From an uncultured Candidatus Saccharibacteria bacterium (GTDB taxonomy: Bacteria > Patescibacteriota > Minisyncoccia > UBA6257 > UBA11618): DNA of 32,000 bases. The stretch covers positions 120,001 through 152,000 of the forward strand of contig CAYSNH010000001.1 of assembly GCA_964432405.1 (NCBI GenBank), in the 5' to 3' direction. Position numbers and translations under genes: made by a program. Under the pieces are notes generated by a model. It worked only from the letters and a program-made list of their open reading frames with translations, had not been told where the DNA came from and ran no database searches. Below, in pieces: positions 1 to 6,134 of the stretch (its first letter is position 1; every line of letters starts with the position of its first letter).

Positions 1-1173
1 ATACATTAAGGGTTGAGAACAACGCCAACAGAAAGGATATTCATGCTCAATAGTTGTTTGATGATATAAAAACCCTCTCTTTTGAAGATCCTCCTTAATA
101 TCATCATCAGCTTGCTTAATAAACTTGCCAGCTCCCGGCAAGCCTTTTTTCATAATACCGTCTTCACTAACAGTTACTGGAATATCACCCTCTTCCATCT
201 CTTCCTTCATTATATTCAAATCCTCCTCACCAAAAGCCGGCGCCATGTGAACTAGACCAGTACCATCCTCGGCAGAAACAAATTCAGCTCCCACTACCTT
301 ATGAGGTCCTTTATTCTTATAAAGCGCCTCGTATTCTTTTCCTATCAAATCCTTACCCTTAACCTTATCTACAACCTCACTATCAACTTCTGGAGGAGCA
401 TTAACAGACCACAGATAATCCTTACCTACTTTATATTTGTTGTATATAAGATCTGGCTGGACTGCTATTGCAACGTTAGCTGGCAAAGTCCAAGGCGTAG
501 TAGTCCACACCAGCAAATACTCATTCTTAGCACCTTTAATTTTAAATTTTATATAAACAGAAGGGTCTTCGGTAAGCTTGTAAACTCCTGGCTGCCCCAT
601 TTCATGACTAGAAAGAGGTGTCTGACAACGCATGCAAAAAGGAACTACCTTATAAAATTTCTTCAAATACCCCTTCTTATCAACTTGCTGAAAAATCCAC
701 CAAAGAGTTTCTAAATATTTATTATCATAAGTAATGTAAGCTTGATCAAAGTCTAACCAAAAGCCAATTCTTTCAGTTAACTTCTCCCACTCATCTTTAT
801 ACTTCCAAACAGACTCTTTAGCCTTCTTATTAAACTTATCAATTCCATAGTCCTCAATCGCCTGTCTATTTTTTAAGCCTAATTTTTTTTCTACCTCAAT
901 CTCCACCGGTAAGCCTTGTGTATCCCAACCAGCTCGTCGAGAAATATAATAGCCTTGCATCGTTTTATAACGCAAAACCACATCCTTAAAAACACGTGCT
1001 AACACGTGATGAGTACCAGGTCGCCCATTAGCAGTCGGTGGGCCCTCATAAAAAACAAAGCTTTTCTTTTTATCTCTTTCTAGACTTTTTTCAAAGATTT
1101 TATTTTTCTTCCAAAACTCAAGAACCTTCTCTTCAATTTCTGGCAAGTTAAATCTTTCAGAGCCTTTAAGCAT
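1..1173 (-). CDS. ileS: isoleucyl-tRNA synthetase, N-terminal part (CDS runs off the left window edge)
   Basis: Absent from the ORF track because it is open at the window edge. My minus-strand translation from ATG 1173-1171 reads MLKGSERFNLPEIEEKVLEFWKKNKIFEKSLERDKKKSFVFYEGPPTANGRPGTHHVLARVFKDVVLRYKTMQGYYISRRAGWDTQGLPVEIEVEKKLG...KVVPFCMRCQTPLSSHE...TTTPWTLPANVAIAV with no stops down to position 1. The HIGH-region variant, GWDTxGLPVE and TTPWTLP motifs match the Thermus-type IleRS N-terminus. Confidence 0.9.
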   Translation of the reverse strand, partial: MLKGSERFNLPEIEEKVLEFWKKNKIFEKSLERDKKKSFVFYEGPPTANGRPGTHHVLARVFKDVVLRYKTMQGYYISRRAGWDTQGLPVEIEVEKKLGLKNRQAIEDYGIDKFNKKAKESVWKYKDEWEKLTERIGFWLDFDQAYITYDNKYLETLWWIFQQVDKKGYLKKFYKVVPFCMRCQTPLSSHEMGQPGVYKLTEDPSVYIKFKIKGAKNEYLLVWTTTPWTLPANVAIAVQPDLIYNKYKVGKDYLWSVNAPPEVDSEVVDKVKGKDLIGKEYEALYKNKGPHKVVGAEFVSAEDGTGLVHMAPAFGEEDLNIMKEEMEEGDIPVTVSEDGIMKKGLPGAGKFIKQADDDIKEDLQKRGFLYHQTTIEHEYPFCWRCSQPLMY

Positions 1174-1179
1174 ATATTC

Positions 1180-1208
1180 AAAATAAAATAAAAGAGCTAA
1201 TCAGTCAA
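1180..1208 (-). promoter_or_regulatory. putative sigma70-type promoter of ileS (TTGACT-17nt-TATTTT), 6 nt upstream of the ATG
   Basis: The minus strand reads TTGACT(1208-1203) gattagctcttttattt TATTTT(1185-1180) gaatat ATG(1173). There is no Shine-Dalgarno sequence between the -10 element and the ATG. The promoter overlaps the stop codon of the upstream ORF. Confidence 0.45.
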
Positions 1209-1859
1209 AAAATCTACACCCCAGGAACAAAAGCCGCACTCACTATGTGCTCGTGGCATTGGCCCTTGAATTAGCTCCGCTGCAGCTCGTACTACCCGAC
1301 GAGCTTTTTCAGAATCAGTAGCTACCTTCTTAACAACAACGTCAAACCTGGTCATCCCTCCCTCGCTAACTTCTTTAGAAATCCAATAGATAAGAAAAGC
1401 ATGACCAATATCAGGCATGTTATTTTCTTTAAGCATTAAGGCGTAACAATTCATCTGATTGAAATAATAATGCTCTCCACCCGGCTTTACATCATAACCT
1501 CGCGTCTTGTAATCAGCTGGTATATACAAGTCACCTTTGACCATCAAGTCATCTAAAGCGCCACTCAAAGTAGCCCCGCTCTCTGGATCGTTCCAAGTTA
1601 AACCAGTGCGCCAATTACGCCACCTATTCAAAGCCTCAACATCAGAAAACAACTCTGCCCCTTCAACCTCCCCCTCTATCTCCGGCGGCAACTTTCCTAC
1701 CGCTCGATATTTATCAAAATAAGTTTTAATTAAACCATCCATACCACCAGGCAAAGAAGGAAAAGGACCCATAGGTCGATGAACACCCATTTTCATTCGT
1801 AACCAAAAACATTTAGGACATTCGAGAAATAAATTTAAAGATGAGGGAGATAATCGCAT
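1197..1859 (-). CDS. PD-(D/E)XK (RecB/Cas4-like) nuclease family protein with terminal CxxC pairs
   Basis: 220-aa ORF. The N-terminal SPSSLNLFLECPKCFW is typical of PDDEXK_1/Cas4-like proteins. The catalytic-type motifs ALDDL...IPADYKT (D...DxK) and NQMNCY (QxxxY) are present. Cysteine pairs CPKC (N-terminal) and CGFC (C-terminal) suggest a metal or Fe-S site. G+C is visibly higher than in the flanking genes. Confidence 0.7.
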   Translation of the reverse strand: MRLSPSSLNLFLECPKCFWLRMKMGVHRPMGPFPSLPGGMDGLIKTYFDKYRAVGKLPPEIEGEVEGAELFSDVEALNRWRNWRTGLTWNDPESGATLSGALDDLMVKGDLYIPADYKTRGYDVKPGGEHYYFNQMNCYALMLKENNMPDIGHAFLIYWISKEVSEGGMTRFDVVVKKVATDSEKARRVVRAAAELIQGPMPRAHSECGFCSWGVDFLTD

Positions 1860-1866
1860 GGCAGTA

Positions 1867-1896
1867 ATTATAACTTATGCCTCCACTTATTTCCAA
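1867..1896 (-). promoter_or_regulatory. putative promoter of the nuclease gene (TTGGAA-18nt-TATAAT), 7 nt upstream of the ATG
   Basis: The minus strand reads TTGGAA(1896-1891) ataagtggaggcataagt TATAAT(1872-1867) tactgcc ATG(1859). The only GGAGG lies inside the spacer, too far upstream to act as an SD. Confidence 0.4.
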
Positions 1897-2054
1897 ATAA
1901 AAGGCTTGACTTTTAAATCTATATATACTATTTTAATGTGAATTGTTTAGCCTTAGTTCAAAGAACAAAGGTTGAGCAAAAGGTACTTTGTCAATTTCAG
2001 TGATCGGTTCATAACTCCACCAGTGAGTGCGAACCACAAAAAAGGACTTCCGTT

Positions 2055-3131
2055 ATGGCTAGTAACAAAGCGGCTAAGAGAGTTAAAAAAGCTGCTCTCA
2101 CCATTCACCATTCAGCACTTCATGTGCAAGAGGCTAGTGACGGCCTCCCGGAAAGAATTGTCATCCGAGGCGTAATTGACGCAAAAGAACTGGATCAAAT
2201 CATCTTTGATGATTATCAAAGATGTGAGCTGAGAGCAAAATCCCTCAAAAGAATCGCGGAAGGACTCAAGAATGGAACAGTCCTTCCCAACATCGATCTT
2301 GGAATGAGGGGGAGCAACGTAAGAAATCGCGAAAATACTCATTTTCTCTACAAGCCAGTCTTCTGCATCGACGGCAAACAACGAATTACTGTAGCAAAAC
2401 GATTGTTCGAAGAAGAAGGCCTTGCCTTTTCTTTAGGAGCGACAATTCACCTTGACACCAATTACCAATGGGAAATGGAAAGATTCAAACAACTGAATGC
2501 TTTCCGGACGTCAGTAAGTGGAAACGTCCTGCTGAGAAACATGAAGAAAGAGTCGAAGGTGGTGGCAATGCTCTACCGCCTAACAACGGAAGACAGCGGA
2601 TTCCCTCTGTATAGAAAGTGTCAATGGGATCAGTACAAGGGAAAGTGCATAATAACAGGAACAACTCTCCTAAAGATGGCCGCCATGATTCACAGCCATT
2701 GGGCATCAGGGTTGCTGGGCAGCTCCAGAGACGATCTAGTAAAGAGTCTGGAAACAGTGTTCCCGAAAATTGGCGAAAGAATATTTCGCGACAATGTGAA
2801 AACTCTCTTCGAACTCATCAATGAGATTTGGGGACTGACAGAGATTGTATATGTGAAGTCAGCCCCTCAACTAGGAAGCAACTTCCTATACTCACTTACC
2901 TCTGTTTTGGCCGATCATCCGATCTTCTGGAAAGACCGGAGATTAAAAATTCTCCAACCAGAGAAGAGCAAACTGAAAAAGTTCCCTCTGAACGATCCGT
3001 CCGTCATACAAATGGCAGGTGGCAGCGGAAAGATCCGTAACGTACTGCAAACGATGATCATTAAGCACATCAACAGCAGCAGGAGAAGTCGTAAGATTAA
3101 GACCTGGAAGGAAGAAGAAGCGAAAGGCTGA
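2055..3131 (+). CDS. ParB/sulfiredoxin-fold protein of the DUF262 / DGQHR (DndB-like) type, with no fused nuclease domain
   Basis: 358-aa ORF with an SD-like AAAGGA 8 nt upstream of the ATG. The motif order YQRCEL...LKNGTVLPNIDLG...PVFCIDGKQRITVAKRL matches the (F/Y)QR ... hydrophobic-P ... IDGQ(Q/H)R signature of DUF262/DndB-type ParB-like domains. The rest of the protein and its basic C-terminal tail are unassigned. G+C-rich relative to the window. Followed by a strong terminator. Confidence 0.6.
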   Translation: MASNKAAKRVKKAALTIHHSALHVQEASDGLPERIVIRGVIDAKELDQIIFDDYQRCELRAKSLKRIAEGLKNGTVLPNIDLGMRGSNVRNRENTHFLYKPVFCIDGKQRITVAKRLFEEEGLAFSLGATIHLDTNYQWEMERFKQLNAFRTSVSGNVLLRNMKKESKVVAMLYRLTTEDSGFPLYRKCQWDQYKGKCIITGTTLLKMAAMIHSHWASGLLGSSRDDLVKSLETVFPKIGERIFRDNVKTLFELINEIWGLTEIVYVKSAPQLGSNFLYSLTSVLADHPIFWKDRRLKILQPEKSKLKKFPLNDPSVIQMAGGSGKIRNVLQTMIIKHINSSRRSRKIKTWKEEEAKG

Positions 3132-3160
3132 TCGCTTCCAGCCTTAGAGTCGTCAGTCAC

Positions 3161-3191
3161 CCCCCCGCCTGAATTCAGGTGGGGGGTTTTT
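3161..3191 (+). terminator. rho-independent terminator of the 2055-3131 gene
   Basis: CCCCCCGCCTG aatt CAGGTGGGGGG forms an 11-bp stem with one G-U pair, followed by TTTTT (3187-3191). Confidence 0.85.
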
Positions 3192-3196
3192 AATTT

Positions 3197-3217
3197 AAAA
3201 ACCCCTGCTAAAGGGGC
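3197..3217 (-). terminator. rho-independent terminator downstream of ssrA
   Basis: On the minus strand, CCCCU uuagc AGGGG is followed by UUUUU, about 25 nt after the tmRNA 3' end. It sits back to back with the plus-strand terminator at 3161-3191. Confidence 0.6.
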
Positions 3218-3240
3218 TTTTAAAAAAATAATATAAATTG

Positions 3241-3583
3241 TGGAAGTGAGGGGAATTGAACCCCTGTCCGAAATATTTCTGCCAGATTTTCTACAAGCTT
3301 AGCCAAGTTAAATTTTGAGACCAATTAGCTCATTCTTGGCAAAAAACTAATTAGTCTTTGTCGGTTAATTTTTATTTCCTAGTCCCGACAACTAAGAAAC
3401 TAAGCTCGCTGTTTAACACCGGTGATGACCTAACGAGCATCAGCCGCCGATGCAGCATTTAAGCGTAAGCTAATGCTGGAGTTCGATTAACGTTGCCGTT
3501 TATCGGTTGTTTCAAATTTTAAAGAGTTTGAACTCTGCTTGCTTATCTAGTTTCAACCTTTCGTCGAAGCCTAGACCACTCCC
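3241..3583 (-). ncRNA. ssrA: tmRNA (SsrA), about 343 nt
   Basis: The minus-strand 5' end GGGAGUGGUCUAGGCUUCGACGAAAGG matches the conserved GGGG..G...GG.UUCGAC start. The 3' end GGACAGGGGUUCAAUUCCCCUCACUUCCA contains a T-arm plus the acceptor strand. Acceptor pairing GGGAGUG/CACUUCC includes the G3:U70 alanine identity pair. An internal tag reading frame at 3497-3459 (GGC AAC GUU AAU CGA ACU CCA GCA UUA GCU UAC GCU UAA) encodes GNVNRTPALAYA*, followed by a hairpin GCAUC-GGCGGCU-GAUGC. CCA is not fully encoded: the next bases are CAA. Confidence 0.9.
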
Positions 3584-3986
3584 TTTTCTTAATGTCCTCG
3601 CGTTTGTCAGCCCTCTTCTTTCCTCGACCTAAGCCGATCTCCATCTTCAACAAACGCCCTTTATTATAAACCCGTAAAGGCACTATTGTCAAGTTCTTCT
3701 CCTTAGTCTTTCCCATTAAACTTTTAATTTCTGCCGCTGACAATAAAAGTTTTCTAGTTCTCTTAGGATCATAGTCTTCAGGAGTGTTAGCCGGTTGATA
3801 AGGTGGTATATTAGCATTTAATAACCAAGTCTCGTTCTTTTTGATCACCACAAAAGAACCAGCCAGATTAATATGCCCAGTTTTAATGGCTTTAACCTCA
3901 AAACCTTTTAATTCCATACCCGCTTCGAAAGTATCTAATATCTCATAATCTCTACGAGCACCCCTATTTACCGCTATATTTTTCAT
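3543..3986 (-). CDS. smpB: SsrA-binding protein SmpB
   Basis: 147 aa. NRGARRDYEILDTFEAGMELKGFEVKAIK and the basic C-terminal tail are typical of SmpB. The gene lies immediately upstream of, and overlaps, ssrA. Confidence 0.92.
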   Translation of the reverse strand: MKNIAVNRGARRDYEILDTFEAGMELKGFEVKAIKTGHINLAGSFVVIKKNETWLLNANIPPYQPANTPEDYDPKRTRKLLLSAAEIKSLMGKTKEKNLTIVPLRVYNKGRLLKMEIGLGRGKKRADKREDIKKREWSRLRRKVETR

Positions 3987-4014
3987 TGACTTAATTATAC
4001 TTTCCTTGTATATT
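3986..4014 (+). promoter_or_regulatory. near-consensus sigma70 promoter of the infC-rpmI-rplT operon
   Basis: TTGACT(3986-3991), a 17-nt spacer, then TATATT(4009-4014). Next come 6 nt (tctact) and the in-frame ATT at 4021. The -35 element overlaps the smpB start codon on the other strand. A TATAAT for smpB (minus, 3999-3994) sits inside this spacer, 7 nt upstream of the smpB ATG. Confidence 0.6.
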
Positions 4015-4020
4015 TCTACT

Positions 4021-4518
4021 ATTAATCACAATACCAGAATAAACAACCGAATAACAGCCGAAAAGCTATTGGTAATTGATGAGAAAGGAGTCAATCTAGG
4101 AGTCCTTAAAACCAATGAAGCGCTGAAGATAGCTCAAGAACGTGGTCTCGATCTAATTGAGATATCACCTCTCGCTAAACCTCCGGTAGCTCGTATTCTG
4201 GATTTTGATAAATATCGTTATCAGCAAGAAAAAAAGCTGAAAAAACAAAAAAGTGGTACTAAAGAAGAGATTAAACAAGTTCAAATTAGTGTCCGCTCAG
4301 CTCAAAATGACCTAATGGTCAAAGCTAAGAGAGCTAATAACTTCCTAGCCAAAGGCCACGTTGTTCGCATCGTTATGGTGCTGCGAGGCCGAGAAAGAGC
4401 TAATAGAGACTTTGCCAAAGAAAAGCTAAAGAACTTCTTAGCTGGTCTCGACCCTCACAAGATAACCATGACTCCTAAATTCGGTGGCCGTGGTATTATC
4501 ACTCAGATTCAAAAGTAA
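4021..4518 (+). CDS. infC: translation initiation factor IF-3 (start uncertain: ATT 4021 proposed; the ORF is open from TTG 4006)
   Basis: The sequence ...RINNRITAEKLLVIDEKGVNLGVLKTNEALKIAQERGLDLIEISP...PPVARILDFDKYRYQQEKK... is canonical IF-3, followed by rpmI and rplT. The TTG at 4006 chosen by the ORF track lies inside the spacer of the predicted promoter. infC genes classically use AUU starts. Confidence 0.9.
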   Translation: MNHNTRINNRITAEKLLVIDEKGVNLGVLKTNEALKIAQERGLDLIEISPLAKPPVARILDFDKYRYQQEKKLKKQKSGTKEEIKQVQISVRSAQNDLMVKAKRANNFLAKGHVVRIVMVLRGRERANRDFAKEKLKNFLAGLDPHKITMTPKFGGRGIITQIQK

Positions 4519-4520
4519 TT

Positions 4521-4703
4521 ATGAAAAAAGCGGTTAGTAAAAGAATAAAGGTATCTAAAAGCGGCAAATTATTGCGTCGCCAAGTTGCTGTTGATCATTT
4601 TAGATCTAAAAAAACTGGTACTAAGATTCAGTCTAAAAGAAATCAACGAACCATTGCTAAAGGATACGAAAAGCAAATCAAAGGATATCTAACTTCTAAA
4701 TAA
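4521..4703 (+). CDS. rpmI: 50S ribosomal protein L35
   Basis: 60-aa basic protein (KRIKVSKSGKLLRRQ...) in the conserved infC-rpmI-rplT order. Confidence 0.9.
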   Translation: MKKAVSKRIKVSKSGKLLRRQVAVDHFRSKKTGTKIQSKRNQRTIAKGYEKQIKGYLTSK

Positions 4704-4707
4704 AAAT

Positions 4708-5052
4708 ATGCCAAGAGTTAAAAGAGGAAAAAACGCTTTAAAAAAGCGTACTAAAATTCTAAAGTTCACCAAAGGATTTAAATGGGGAAGAAAAAGCAAA
4801 GAAAGAGCTGCTAAAGAAGCCTTGCTTCACGCATGGACTCACGCTTTTCGCGGTCGCAAAGAAAAAAAGCGAACCGCTCGCACTCTTTGGCAATCAAAGA
4901 TTAATGCTGCTGCTCGTCTCGAAGACTTAACTTATGGTCAGCTAATTGATAAACTTAAAAAAAGTAACGTCAAATTAGATAGAAAGATCTTAGCTGATTT
5001 AGCAGAGAACGATCCTGAGATCTTCAAAGAGATCATTGCTCAAAGCAAATAA
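4708..5052 (+). CDS. rplT: 50S ribosomal protein L20
   Basis: MPRVKRGKNALKKRTKILKFTKGFKWGRK...WQSKINAAAR is the typical L20 sequence. Confidence 0.93.
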   Translation: MPRVKRGKNALKKRTKILKFTKGFKWGRKSKERAAKEALLHAWTHAFRGRKEKKRTARTLWQSKINAAARLEDLTYGQLIDKLKKSNVKLDRKILADLAENDPEIFKEIIAQSK

Positions 5053-5599
5053 TAATAATTTAGAGCGCGACATAATAATAATCTTTACTAGTGTTATAGT
5101 CGCTTACTTCATGTGGGATAGTCCTTTGTTATCTGGATTTTTTGAATCCTTAGAACAAGGGAGGTATATCGGCGCCTTTATTGCTGGTATTTTTTTTACC
5201 TCTATTTTTACTACCGCCCCAGCTATCATGATCCTAGTCAAAATCTCTGAATTTAATTCAATTCCTTTAGTAGCAATAATGGGAGCCGCTGGTGCCGTTA
5301 TTGGAGACTCTATTATTTTTTATTTTTTTAGAGATAGATTGTTCAATGACATCGCTCAAGTTGTTAAATTACCAAGACTAAAAAGAATTCGTCATCTTAC
5401 CCGATCAAAAATGATTCGCCTTTCGGCAGCTATGGTAGGAGGATTAATGATGGCTATTCCTTTATTCCCTGACGAAACCGCAATGGCAATAATGGGCTTC
5501 TCTAAAATATCTACTCGCCTCTTTATATTAATAGCCTTCTCTTTCAATTTTCTTAGCATCATCCTTCTTGCTTTTGGAGCTAAGTATTTCGGCTCTTAG
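5036..5599 (+). CDS. hypothetical integral membrane protein (DedA/VTT-like features, weak)
   Basis: 187-aa ORF with about 5 hydrophobic segments and a GAVIGDSIIFYFF motif reminiscent of DedA/VTT proteins. The start is uncertain: TTG 5036 overlaps the rplT end, and the next ATG is at about 5110. Confidence 0.45.
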   Translation: MLKANNNNLERDIIIIFTSVIVAYFMWDSPLLSGFFESLEQGRYIGAFIAGIFFTSIFTTAPAIMILVKISEFNSIPLVAIMGAAGAVIGDSIIFYFFRDRLFNDIAQVVKLPRLKRIRHLTRSKMIRLSAAMVGGLMMAIPLFPDETAMAIMGFSKISTRLFILIAFSFNFLSIILLAFGAKYFGS

Positions 5600-6122
5600 A
5601 ATCCTCGGTTTTCTTTTTTATATGATCCCAAGCCTTGCGCAAAATACCTGCCCTAACCTTAAAACGAGATAAATGCCTCTTAGCATCATTTAGATTAAAC
5701 CAAGCATAACCATCATGCTCATCAGATATTCTAATAATATCCTTATTAGCCTCGGCTAAATAAAAGATTACCACCTTAAACATTTTTTCCTTACCACGAT
5801 TATAAGGAAACTTTTCAAACTCTTTAAAATTTGTTTGCATTTTCAAATCCTTACGACTCAAACCAGTCTCCTCTTTAACCTCTCTAAAAGCGGTTTGTAA
5901 ACTTCGCTCATCCTCTTCCATTTTCCCTCTCGGCATGTCCCAAGTATTTCTACCTCTATATAATAATAAAAATTTTGTGCCTTCTTCAGTTTTTTTATAA
6001 ACCACAAAACCCGCCGAAACAACTTTTTTGCGTAACGAAGAAGATTTTTTTCTTATTCTCTTAATAGGTTTGTTCATTTTCTTTTCAACTCTTACCTTAT
6101 CAATCTCTTCAACTTGCTTCAA
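5580..6122 (-). CDS. Nudix hydrolase
   Basis: A Nudix box is present: GKMEEDERSLQTAFREVKEETGL (Gx5Ex7REUxEExGU). The N-terminal start is uncertain; an internal MNKPIK start is possible. Confidence 0.8.
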   Translation of the reverse strand: MKQVEEIDKVRVEKKMNKPIKRIRKKSSSLRKKVVSAGFVVYKKTEEGTKFLLLYRGRNTWDMPRGKMEEDERSLQTAFREVKEETGLSRKDLKMQTNFKEFEKFPYNRGKEKMFKVVIFYLAEANKDIIRISDEHDGYAWFNLNDAKRHLSRFKVRAGILRKAWDHIKKKTEDSKSRNT

Positions 6123-6134
6123 GAGGAGGCTGAG

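Noticed and set aside
301-714. 137-aa plus-strand ORF in the track
   Set aside because: It lies entirely antisense to the clearly conserved ileS reading frame, has a low-complexity and unrecognisable sequence, and has no promoter or SD. It is a spurious shadow ORF.
1537-3160. Seven nested or overlapping track ORFs (1537-1722, 1972-2175, 2112-2381, 2485-2706, 2618-2824, 2828-3040, 2915-3160)
   Set aside because: All overlap the two long ORFs that carry recognisable domain motifs. They are the expected by-product of higher G+C (fewer stop codons) in this block. None has its own SD or promoter or a recognisable motif.
1174-3275. Search for island hallmarks: a direct repeat of the tmRNA 3' end (tggaagtgaggggaattgaacc), an integrase or a transposase
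   Set aside because: I found no second copy of the tmRNA 3' segment near 1174-1200 or 1860-2054, and no recombinase ORF. The block therefore cannot be called a bona fide integrative element from this window. It is reported only as compositionally foreign.
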